A stretch of DNA of 64,000 nucleotides from Macrostomum lignano (taxonomy: Eukaryota): contig NIVC01002547.1 of NCBI GenBank assembly GCA_002269645.1, positions 98,360 through 162,359 on the forward strand, given 5' to 3'. The position numbers and the translations under genes are program-made. Numbering within the stretch: position 1 is the stretch's first letter; every line of letters begins with the position of its first letter. Below are positions 50,702 to 64,000 of the stretch, one piece after another. The notes beneath the pieces are model-generated. The model saw only the letters and a program-made list of their open reading frames with translations, had not been told where the DNA came from and made no database searches.

Positions 50702-51061
50702 CTAATGTAAAATGACCAACCCTTCAGAAGAAATGCTTGACTTTGGTTCCTGGATGGGTCCGAACTTGCGGGCGGTCGAGGCCGGCCTGCTCGACCTGGC
50801 GGCCGGTCCAGCTGGGCCCGCACTACCTCTGGACAGCCTGAAGGAGCCGCAAGCGCCGCGGCCCCGGCCACCAACCCTCACCAACGTGCCATTAATGACC
50901 GAGTTCCTCAAAATCGAGCGGATGCGGCCCGCCAGCCTCCTGTCTATGGCCAGCATAAAGTGCTCGATGATGTACTTTTTAATGGCCATCAGAGATGCGC
51001 CTGACTTGCCAGTGTGACTGCGGATAGCAGAAAAAACCATCTCCCGGGTTGAAAACTTCAT
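50702..51061 (-). CDS. Linker histone H1/H5 globular-domain (H15) protein, atypically short, 119 aa
   Basis: EMVFSAIR...GASLMAIKKYI...ILRNSVINGTLVRVGGRGRGACGSFRL matches the winged-helix H15 consensus; start context AAACGCCATG. Confidence 0.78.
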   Translation of the reverse strand: MKFSTREMVFSAIRSHTGKSGASLMAIKKYIIEHFMLAIDRRLAGRIRSILRNSVINGTLVRVGGRGRGACGSFRLSRGSAGPAGPAARSSRPASTARKFGPIQEPKSSISSEGLVILH

Positions 51062-51199
51062 GGCGTTTATTGCCAGTAGGGCTGACAGTCAGAAACCAAT
51101 GCGGAATTGGTGGTTTGCATTTGATCAAATCATTTGGTCAGCATTCCTTTACCTTTTGTTAAGCTTGCCTTTTTCTTATTCCCTTGCCTTTCTAATAAT

Positions 51200-51500
51200 T
51201 AATTACTATTGCCCTATTGCGCATATGTGCAGCTGACAGCTCAGCCACAGCTATTGAGCGGCGCATCTATGAGTAAAGGCTGCATACAGCTTTTCATTCC
51301 AAGGACTGGGGGTCATCACACACACCCTCAATCATCCCAGCTAATGCTGGTACCCATTTTACAGGTGGGTGAACTATGCATATGCAATGCAGAATTAAGT
51401 GCCTTGCTCAAGGACACAAACTGTTTTGAGAAGGTTGGGAATCTAACCCCCAATCTTTCAGTCAAGAGTCCAATGCTCGAACCACTAGGCTATAAACCCC
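51200..51500 (-). mobile_element. tRNA-derived SINE with CORE-like central domain; 3' end approximate
   Basis: A-box TAGCCTAGTGG (51482-51492), B-box-like GGTTAGATTCC (51438-51448), then TGTGTCCTTGAGCAAGGCACTTAA...CTGTAAAATGGG. Confidence 0.7.
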
Positions 51501-53491
51501 TATGTATAGGTATAAAACTTTTCAGAAAGTGATAAAGCCATTAGAATAAGTCAGACAAATCAATGTTTCCAGCATATGTTACTCATGTATATCAAATAGG
51601 ATATTTTCAACAAAAGCAAAGGGATTAGATGCCTTTGCTATATCTAAAAATTAAAGGGCTTGTTAACTGAGAGCTAAACGAAAAAAGTTGCATATAGCCA
51701 TTAAGAGCAGGGGTGGCAGAGCCTAATATTTTAGGGGGGGACACTGGGCACAGGGCAAGGGGGGGCACAGGTACCTTTATAAGCTGTTAATTATGGCCTA
51801 AAAAATTACCACGTGGACTCATTTTCAAGGGGGGCACTGGGCACATACCCCCAGTGCCACAAGATCCCACTGCCTATGATTACGAGTATATTGCCTAATT
51901 AAAACCATCGATACTAGAATAACTAGATGAGCCACTTAGCACATTTGTGCGTATTCTACTTTTAGTTTAGTAGTAAGTTAAATAGAAGCATTTTAATTTA
52001 TTTTTTTAAGTCAAGGCTCATTTATTGACTTTTATCCCAGCTTAAATCTTCTAACCCTGCCTTTTCATACTACCCTATCCTGCCCCAATTTTTTATTGGC
52101 TTTCTAAGAATTCTAGCCTAATGCTGTATATGCCATGTACATTTTAAAAAGAAAATGTTTTTATATCATTAATTTTAATGCTATTTTTAGTTTATTATAT
52201 ATATATATATATATTCATAATACTAAAATAGTCTCTATTTGGGAACTAAATGTTAAATAATTTTTAAAGCTAATAAATAATCATTTAGTCTTTAGTTTAA
52301 ATATATGCTATGTTGGATTATTATTTTAAATAAATACTAAAATAGCAATATTAATAATGGTTTACATCAAAAATGAATAATGAATATAAAAATGTTATAC
52401 TTATATACTACATTGATTATGTTTGAAACAAAAACTTCTATGCAAGAAAATTCATATATTACATACATTACATTAATATTACTAATATTAATATTATTAT
52501 ACATTAATAATAATAATTAATAAGTAGCCTTGTCATCTGTAATATAGCTTGGTCAAATTTAATTATAAACTTTACAAAGGCTACTCAAGCCTTATCATAA
52601 TAGTCATTACTAATTAATGACACCTTGATAAAGATAGACAAGCTAAGTTAGACATGTTACAAAGGGGCAGGGAGAGCGGCTGTAGCTCCTGGGTGACCAC
52701 CCCTTTAACAAAAAAATCTGAAAGTATGCGCAAGGCCACAAGAAAATTTTTTTTCTTGTAGGGGTAGGGGGCATGGGGGTTGACCACCCAACCCCTGCCC
52801 CCACCCCCTAATTGGAGGTGCTGTGCTGCCACTGTTTAAAAATATAATAATAATAACATTGTATATTATAGACTGTGTATAGAGTATGGACTAATCCAAT
52901 ACATATGAACTATATAATTCAATTAAAATAATAAAGTAAAAAGTTATAAAATTTATTTCTCTTTTATAAGTTTTGTATCATTGTCATTGATAACAATGGC
53001 AGCCTATACCTATATAAGGTGTGTTGATATTGTAGGCAGCATTTCATTGGATTTGGGGTTATGAATTAGCTCGTTGGATCTAGACTATAATGCTTTCCTT
53101 GAGCTAGTATTACTTGTTTAAAAAAGAACAATGAATTTTTCGCCGTCATAGTTATAGAAAGAGCCTCAATCGTGGAAAAACGCTTCATAAATTTAAAATA
53201 CCAATCTTTTTCTGCTGTAGATTTTAACAAAAACTTTTATTCAAGATTTACAGTAGACTCAGAATGAACATTAAAATATGTTATAATAATTTTAAAAGTT
53301 TTCTAATTTAAAAAATTAAATGTAAAATGTTTTTATTGGTATAGATCTACTTTGTTCTTGCTGTCAGAATCTCGGTTCAATTTTTGCATATATACCACAG
53401 ACTTTTAATCATTCGCCTCAACAACTGTCTCAAGATATTGCTGTGATTCTCAAGTTCTGTTAAATCACATTTAAGTACTGAAAAACTCATC

Positions 53492-55917
<2,426 letters not shown>

Positions 55918-56898
55918 GCTCTGACCTTTTAAACTTCTTTGTTTTCTCTGCTCTCGATTTCTGTTTTCGTTTTTTCTCTTATAAGACCGTAGGCGTTTAA
56001 CTGCGGCCCGCTGACCGCGAATTTCGACTGTAACTCTCCTCACTAGGCACCTAGGATCATCTTTGCATGTAAAATACGCAGGAATATTTAGTGAAATTAT
56101 CTGATGTTATTATCTATAGCTTATCATTATATTTGAATGCTTTGGATTGCGTCAGTTTGACAAATGGTCACTATTTTAGGAGTTCCTGACCTGAAATCAT
56201 TGTTGCTGCATTGGTCGCTCGTGGACAGCAGATTCAGGCTGTTTTAGTGCATCAAGTTCTTAATATTTATTTTGTGCACTTCTCCGCGCTGAAGCAGGGC
56301 TATTGATTAATGCAGTCAGTGTTATTCGCATCTTCTGGCGTGCTTGTGCAAATTTCTATGACCAGTGACCAACATTCTTGCAAAAGCAATAATATAGACT
56401 CAATCGCCATTATTGCCCGTAATAAACTGGAGTTAAGATTTGCCTCTTGTGGCACTGAGTCATTTGTCTGCAATAGCCTGGACTCTGCTTTTGGTCTCTT
56501 AAGCACCAATAGGTTTAATGATTTTTGCTGTTGCAATCCGGAAACTCCAAGCTTCCCAGTCCCACTCATAGTAGATTTGCGAAACTCGAACTTCAGGTTT
56601 TCGGAATTCCCTTAATGGATATAAAGAAGTCTGCAAAAGAACAATTTGCCAGTTCATATGCCGCAAACAAGAACGTGTATTTTGCGTCAGATAAGAAGTC
56701 TGCGAGTGAATGTGCAGTGTCTGATTTCGCAAGACTTTATCACGTATTAATTGTAAAAGCTCACGGTGAGCGAGTTCTAAAAATCTTCATAAAGAGTTTA
56801 AGTAAAACGGGATAATGGAAAGAACAAAGAAGTGCGAAATACACGTATTCGGAAAGTAAACAGTGAGCAGCAGATTAGGTAGGAAACTTTTCTGCACT

Positions 56899-57240
56899 CA
56901 GGGGCGTCGCCATGGATTTATGGTGGGGGGACAAAGCCAAGAATTCAACATGCACATTATACTTGACTAAATTTCTAAATTTCCATTTTTTGAGAATCGT
57001 GTTCCTTTTGGTGCCGCAGGCACTCATTTTAGAGCCGCAGGCACTCCTTTTTGCAACGCAGGCACTCATTTTGACGCCGCAGGCATTTCTTAATTAGCGC
57101 CGCAGGCCGAAGGCGCTATATTTTGGCGCCCTGAAGAAAAATTATTGATTAAAGGTGGGATGGGGGGGGCAAAGCTTTGGCATGTCCCCCGATAACTTTT
57201 ACTGGAGGGGACATGTCCCCCCCCGGTGGCGACGCGCCTG
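56899..57240. mobile_element. hAT-type MITE, 342 bp
   Basis: Terminal inverted repeats CAGGGGCGTCGCCA / TGGCGACGCGCCTG; perfect 8-bp TSD TCTGCACT at 56891-56898 and 57241-57248. Confidence 0.9.
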
Positions 57241-57396
57241 TCTGCACTAAATTGACTTGTCTCTTCTGCACTTAGGCCATTTTATGGCGCAAACTAGGCT
57301 TTTGTAACTTAGCACTTAAAGCAAGCCTTAAGGAGTCATTGAATTGTTCTAATTGCGCCAACCCCTGTTCGAACTGTTTACAGTGTTAATATAAAA

Positions 57397-59544
57397 TCAA
57401 TGTTTATTAGCAGCTTCCTGGACCTCGATGGTGGCTCTGCGTCTGCTCCTCAGAGCCCTGAACACCAGAACTAAGAACTCCGCGAACTCCGCCACCAAAG
57501 TCACCGTGACGCCCATGTACATTGACAGCGCGCCTCCCAGGCTGCTCAGCAGATTCGCTGCGCTGGTCAGCGCTACCTCAGTCTCGAAAGTAGTCTGAAG
57601 CGATCTGCGCACGATTCTTACCGATGACAAATGACGGCTGACTTCCGAGAAGTTAACGAGAGGCTGCCGAAGTGCTTGAGTTCTCTGCGAGGTGTTGAGG
57701 CCTCTGTACTGCCAGTACTCGACCAAACCTTTCTCCCAGTTCGTCGCGAATTCCCAGAACCATTTCCACTGGAAGTCATTGATGCCCCAGTCGTAAAACA
57801 GAGGCGACACGGCGTACTCAGTTTGCGAGCAAGGCGGCAAACTGCAGACGGAATTTTCTGTGCTGAATTTTGTAGCGCAACTGAATAAATCAAAGATGCT
57901 GCTCATCAGTGACTGTCCTTTGTGCAACTGGCCGCATCTGGGCATCGGGAAAGCCATCGGGTCATCTGTGCAGTTGCACTCTCGCCTGAGCTTGGCATCA
58001 AGTTCAAGAAAGCTGCAATTTTTAAGTTGTCACCAGTTACAATATGTATCAGATAACTATATAGTCTTGTGGATACTCAGGGGGTGAAAAGGGCATAATT
58101 ATAACCTGTCTCATTGCTGACTGCGGATCGACTTGTCGCTTTTGCATTTGCAGTATACCAATTGACTTAAACACATGACGTCAGTGATCACTACACCATC
58201 ATGTAAATGCGAGACTATTTTGTTTTTTGCCAAATGTTAAAAATTCAAATACTATCTTGTACAGATATTGCTGGATGATTATGAATAAAAGCAACTTCAC
58301 ATCCACAGCATTTCAATAAACACAACTTACACCAAAATAATTTGCTATCTGATATAATTACTTGAAAAACACTAACTTGCAGTGGCCACTTGTGTAGCTG
58401 AATTCACCAAAACTGCCATGCCGCAGTTTGCGATCGGCACAATTCACGTAGTCTGACACAATGGTATCGAATTGCAACATATTCATCCTGCCGTGCTGCA
58501 GATGTGTGGCAGAAATTTGTATGCCAGAATATCCATGCACTTCAGGTGGGTGCAGAGCCACCAGAATTGAGTCGCCATTCACGAAACCTTGAAATGCGGC
58601 TGCACGAGAGGCAGATTTCTGTGACTCAGTGCTGAATTTTTTTTAGGATTCCAGAGTAGCATGTCTACTGAGGCAATGCGCTTCAGGTCTACTTCAGACA
58701 GCTGGAATTCAATTTTAGGAATATTGAAGATAAACATTGGACACATAAATTGACAAATGTTATTCACTCATGCTGTGTTAAATTGAATTCGATTTTTTAT
58801 GGATAGTGCATTTGAGAATCTACCCTGCGGTCACTTACTTCCAATCGGAGGGTATGACACAGCAAATACTTTGGATGATAAAAGGCCGATTTCCGTAAAA
58901 AACGACTTGTAAACCCCCTCAGTATTGTCCGATTTGTGAACTCCGTTAAAGCTTGAAATGAAACGTGATGTATGGCGGTTTTTCCGTCTTGATCAGTGAT
59001 CTTGAGATACAGGACCAAATGATCAAATTGCATGGCGACTTCTGGCACTGCTGCAGTTGGAATTTGAGCATAGAACTCTTGTAGTGTATCGTAGAAAATC
59101 AAAATGCTCTGCGATGTGTCGCTCAGCTGTACATCACTCAGGTTCAATGACAGCAGTCCTGAGTTTCCTTATTGAGGAACAGACTGTACTCCTCTTGGGA
59201 GAGAAAGGTAGCATTGTGCTGTCTGAGTTTCTCCATCACGATGCTCCCTTGACGAACGGCTGCTGCTGCAGAAGGAAATGGCAGGAAATTTCTGCGGCGA
59301 GTTCTCTTCTTTTCGAATCTGCATGATCGTGGCGTCTTTTTGCTTCAAATACACTGACAGCACATTGTACATTTGCGCGATGTAACCTGCAAAAAATGCA
59401 AGCAGAAACAGGATCCAGAAAATTTTCAAACTCCATGTTGGTGACGTCATTGTTCTCTTCAGACACGAACGGATGAAGAAGTCCGGAAGTGGTTCCATTC
59501 TTCCTTCACAATCGCGCTGCCGCAGATTTTGTTGGTGCTGACAT
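57397..59544 (-). CDS. DEG/ENaC (ASIC/degenerin-family) channel, paralog A; frame-disrupted as assembled
   Basis: Exons about 58839-59544 (start inferred), 58377-58701 and 57397-58012. TM1 IFWILFLLAFF, post-TM1 FPAISFC, Cys-rich thumb (GHC...ECNC...C...PPC), TM2 LLSSLGGALSMYMGVTVTLVAEF. Several apparent 1-nt deletions; an in-frame TAA at 59169-59171 in one reading. Confidence 0.72.
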
Positions 59545-60284
59545 GCTGCTCGGTTACATCCTGGCTACAGCAGCTGCTTGGTAAATATAGACGCGAATGA
59601 GCCCAGGTAAACTGACTGGGAAGCCAATTATTTAATGGCTGGACCCGTACAGCAATTCTGTTTGCCTGCAGTCGCGCAATTACCACCAGAGTGCAAGTGC
59701 AGTCAATTCAAACTGCTGCACATCTCATAATTCATCAACCAATTGATTCTGACCCGGCAGTTCTATATATTTGTCGGCAGTCAGCCTGCACTCGTCGCTA
59801 ACCTGCAAATGTGTGCTTGCAATTAAAGACCGCATTGCTGACTTCATTCGCCAATAAAATTTCCACTGAGCAGCAAGTGCAAACAAATTTGGTCAAACTC
59901 GGAGCAAATTGATGCCAGACTGGTCCGAAGTCCGCTGCTGCTGGAGTGGAACTGACTGGCTGTCTTGTTTGAGCTTAGCAAACTGCTGGGTGCATCTAAG
60001 TCCCTGTAAGGAAGGACTCTTGCTGGATAAAGTGGGTTCTGGTGTAAATTAATATTGTGATTCCGAGAATATATTACGGGTTGTTAGCCCAAGTGGTAAT
60101 GCCTCTGAAAAGATATTTTCACAGGGTAACACTGCACATAATGATCCTAAATTTTGCACCGAAGATATCTGAAAATGAAGTTGCCATGTAGCATCCAAAC
60201 TCGCATCACAAATCTCCGGCTAAATTACCTTGTTGGTTTAGTCCAGATAAAATGTTGTTCCAAGCGTAGGTCAAGGCCGTCTTG

Positions 60285-60660
60285 CTGCACAGCTCTGAAC
60301 CTGGACGCTGACAGACTCGCTCAAACAGCAAGTTGACGCACGCGGGCCTGCTGTGCGTCATCTCTAAGATTGACAACGAGCGAGTCACCAACGCGGGACT
60401 GTATCGCCTCGCTGGCTGGTGCGTCCAAGCGACCGGTTGCGCCTGAAACTCAGCTGGCAGGCCACATCATCCGCGCCGAGTCTTACTGCCACAGCCGGTG
60501 CAGGAGATGCTTCTGCTGATGCGGCAGGCACCCTACCGGCTGAGGCATCGCCCACTCGGCTTTTCGTCGACTGGTCGTCCTGGCGGACGCCGGCGCTTCG
60601 GAATCGGTCGGTGGGCACGGCCTACGTTTGCGCCCAGCGTGCACGCCCTGTGACGCTGCT
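60285..60660 (+). mobile_element. Decayed RTE-like LINE 3' fragment
   Basis: WTLTDSLKQQVDA, NERVTNAGLYR, QLAGHIIRAESY...PVQEMLLL; frameshifted. Confidence 0.68.
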
Positions 60661-62338
60661 GTCTATCAGCACTCTCTTTTTGGAAATTCATACGACCCAA
60701 ATTTCACATCGCCAAGAAACAAATTTTAAAGCATCCACTATCATAAAGCCAAAACTTCAGATGATCTAAATATTGCAACACCGCAGTGGCATGGGTCCCA
60801 GGCGGTGCCTGCAGGCCTCTATTCGGCGTGTCAAAAGTGAGCAATTCTGATAGATTTGGCCTGCGCCTAATTGGCGTGGCGTGAGCTTGAACAGTTGAGC
60901 TCTGACAGAGCGATGAGGGGGAGACACCAGTTCATGGTGCTGCAACTTGCCTGTCGCGGACTGTGGGGGTTGGAGAGCCTCAACTTCTCTACTGGTCGCA
61001 AAGATAAAGCGATAAAATTCTGTCTGACAATCATAAAGTATTAAACTGTGATACGAGTACTGGCAGTAGTGCTTTGCAAGCCAGTTGGTCTGTCCTTCTA
61101 CCCCAGTGCAACTCCAGTACAATAGAAGTCAAAATTAGTTGCTTTTGTGACGGACAGCGTTAGCATGGGCATTCAGGAGTTACTTGAAGGAATCATTTTT
61201 GGCAATTCAAAGCCCACTATCAGGAAAAACTTAAGTCCTTCATAAATTTTTAAAGTCGTAATGATTCATGTTTAATTGCTATGCTTTGTGGCGAGGACTC
61301 CAAAATACAAAACATAGCATTTGAAGCACACAACATAATTGCAAATACAAATGCCGTTCTGCATCTGCAGTATAGCCTGGATCGCTACATGTCGCTGTCA
61401 TAGAATCCTTGAGTCCAGGATGTTCTTTACAAGGAATTGATGCATTGACAAATTTGATGCACTGGAGCAAAAATGGGGGCAATTTTTTGTCTGACGCACC
61501 ACAATGGGTCATAATCATGTTAATAGATACTCTATACTGATTCAGCTACTGTGGTAACTTAGCCCAGAGCAAGCAAAAACGCCAGCTTGTAACAAAGCAT
61601 GAGGTCACAGGAGAGTATCTGCCACTGATAGGTGGAATCTAGTTATTTAAAATATATTCTTATGCTGAAGAGAGCATTTAAGTACGCAGCAAGGTCAACA
61701 ACGTCAATTTTTTGCAAAAAAATTCTATCTGATAGTATCCACCGATCACTACAGTTCAAAGTTTACAGTTTACAGTTTACAGATCATTGAAAATTCATGT
61801 ATGACAGCAGAGTAAAGTACACAGGAGCAACCTTACATTACGCTTGTAATAAAAAGTGCACCGCAGCGAGGCACTCACTTTCGAGAGAGCTTGCATCGGT
61901 TGGCGAATTGCAATTACTCGTACGTGGTAAAATTTTATGCCTTTCGGTATGAAACTGCACTTAGTCTGACATCTGATGGCACATCTTGTCGATAGTCGCA
62001 GATATGATATTTAGATATTCGCACATCATGAATCAAGTAAGCTAAATATTGATAGACTTGATATCAAATTAGTATCATGAAGAATCTTAACACAGAAGGG
62101 AGCAGTATAATACGCTTGCCTGTATTAGAATATTACATTTATGAGTCTATTTGGTCTTAAAAATAGCTAAATTTAGGATGAATTTTACTCTTACGAGCTA
62201 ATTTGATTAAATGTTGCATTCATTCTCGAAAATGATAGTACGAGTGCGCTTTCCTTTTTGTTTTCTTGTCGATGAGTTCATGGTCAAAACATATGCGTAG
62301 TGCGAGGAACGACTTACGAGTTACTTACAACCTAATGA

Positions 62339-63823
62339 TCACTGTTTCGCACTAACTTCCTGAACCTCAATGACGGCTCTGCGTCTGCTCCTCAGAGCCC
62401 TGAACACCAGAACTAAGAACTCCGCGAACTCCGCCACCAAAGTCACCGTGACGCCCATGTACATTGACAGCGCGCCTCCGAGGCTGCTCAGCAGATTCGC
62501 TGCGCTGGTCAGCGCTACCTCAGTCTCGAAAGTAGTCTGAAGCGATCTGCGCACGATTCTCACCGATGACAAATGGCGGCTGACTTCCGAGAAGTTAACG
62601 AGAGGCTGCCGAAGTGCTTGAGTTCTCTGCGAGGCGTTGAGGCCTCTGTACTGCCAGTACTCGACTAAGCCTTTCTCCCAGTCCATCGCGAATTCCCAGA
62701 ACCATTTCCACTGGAAGTCATTGATGCCCCAGTCGTAAAACAGAGGTGAAACGGCGTACTCAGTTTGCGAGCAAGACGGCAAACTGCAGACGGAACTTTC
62801 TGTGCTGGTTTTTGCAGCGCAGCTGATGCGTCTGTTGAATTCAGTGAGCACTGACTGTCCTTTGTGCAGCTGGCCGCATCTGGGCATCGGGAAAGCCATC
62901 GGGTCATAAGTGCAGTTGCATTCTCGCCTAGTTTTGGCGTCAAAGTCCAGAAACCTGCAGATCAGAGGTAGCAGTTAATTGCATTCGTTTTTATTGCATA
63001 GCCCTATGGCTGCATTGAATCGAGCATATCATTAACTTTTCCTGGTGGCTTAGTTAGACATGAATCTTTGATTGATAAGCTCTCCATTTTTAATTAGTCT
63101 TTAACTACACGAAAGGCAAAAATATATTCATAGGATTGGCGATCTGACATTGTATAAATGTAGCGTAAGTCAACTCAACTTATTAATTAAATTGATGCTG
63201 TACATAGGCTGTTCCAGGCTTACAAATGCGTTGGAAAAAATCTTCCCCAAACCAGAGTAGTTGCTGAGCAATATTTTGCTAATAACCAAAGTTGACAATC
63301 GACAATACAATCCCACAAACCTGCAGTGGCCACTTGTGTAGCTGAATTCACCAGAGTTTCCATGCTGCAGTTTTTGTCTGGCACAATTCATAAAGTTTGA
63401 CACTGTCACATCAAAGTGAAGCTCGCTCATCTTGCCATGCTGCAGATGAATGGCGGAAGTTTTTATGGCTGAGAGGCCGTGCACTTCAGTCGGGTGCAGC
63501 GCCATCATAATTGAGTCTCCATTCAGGAAACCTTCGATTGCAGCTGCACGCGATGTGGATTGCGACTCCGTGCTGAGATCGATTTCCGGGTTCCAGAGCA
63601 GCAAATCCATGGAGCAAATTTGCTGCAGCTGCGCTTCAGCCATCTGGAAAATTTGTAGCTCTCATTGCTTTGAATCCAGAATGAAACTTGACGCAATAAG
63701 CAGAATTGGGAGCAAACGTGTGCGCTGTGCTATGATTGAACTTGCCTTGATGAGCTTTATGTCAAAGTTGTGTCAAAATCCGTTATCGGACAGAGGTGTA
63801 CCAAAGAGGCGCTTTCTGTGGCC
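62339..63823 (-). CDS. DEG/ENaC channel, paralog B, 5'-partial
   Basis: Exons 63321-63643 and 62339-62954 are homologous to paralog A. A further ambiguous exon at about 63748-63823 has a GC donor (AAG|GCAAGT) and a TGA at 63773-63775 where Cys is expected. Confidence 0.75.
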
Positions 63824-63840
63824 CTATCAGGTATTATACT

Positions 63841-64000
63841 GCATTGGCATAGCATCGTGTTTTAGACTCGTATCAAAAGGCTGCTAAAAATCTAAAGCAT
63901 TAGCATAGCATCGTGTTTTAGACTCGTATCAAAAGGCTGCTAAAATATCTAAAGCATTGGCATAGCATCGTGTTTTAGACTCGTATCAAAAGGCTGCTAA
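63841..64000. repeat. About 56-57-bp tandem repeat, truncated by window end
   Basis: GCATAGCATCGTGTTTTAGACTCGTATCAAAAGGCTGCTAAAA(T)ATCTAAAGCATT, about 3 copies. Confidence 0.9.

Noticed and set aside
51707-52833. Two degenerate hAT-MITE-like GC islands (51707-51873 and 52664-52833) ending in CCACTG
   Set aside because: Only one terminus is convincing in each, and no TSD was found.
56300-56760. Third, decayed ENaC last exon (VSQIYYEW...ANLNSSL)
   Set aside because: The similarity is limited to a few residues in different frames; it needs a tBLASTn or HMM test.
60766-61518. Two Cys-containing minus-strand ORFs between the ENaC genes
   Set aside because: No recognisable family or splice pattern.

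Overview
Eukaryotic (bilaterian invertebrate) genomic DNA with GT-AG introns and GC-rich exons. Roughly a third of the window consists of more than 30 different locus-specific micro/minisatellite arrays; this style resembles the flatworm Macrostomum (inference only). Genes I could reconstruct by hand: a 19-exon secreted Tequila/GRAAL-like modular serine protease (minus, 5674-18462); an intronless WRPW-type HES bHLH gene; a 3-exon Phox2 homeobox gene; a small secreted two-domain pacifastin-like Cys-rich protein; a 3-exon F-box/LRR gene; a tail-less linker-histone (H15) ORF; a complete 6-exon Sec61 alpha (476 aa); and two tandem DEG/ENaC-family channel genes, the second truncated by the window end. 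Mobile DNA includes tRNA-derived SINEs, a hAT-type MITE with an 8-bp TSD and three decayed RTE-like LINE fragments. Best leads: (1) minisatellites that copy real splice junctions, notably nine decoy copies of the Phox2 homeodomain acceptor that each encode the same truncated homeodomain; (2) a pacifastin-like fold lacking the C3-C5 pair but with a new flanking Cys pair; (3) a possibly unnamed SINE central domain; (4) ENaC paralogs with a GVT filter and a homogenised pore exon; (5) a HES with Gln replacing the basic-region Pro. Several 1-nt frameshifts, some in homopolymers, suggest an imperfectly polished assembly, so single-base claims need read confirmation. There is no CRISPR array, and the very long ORFs in the track are repeat artefacts.
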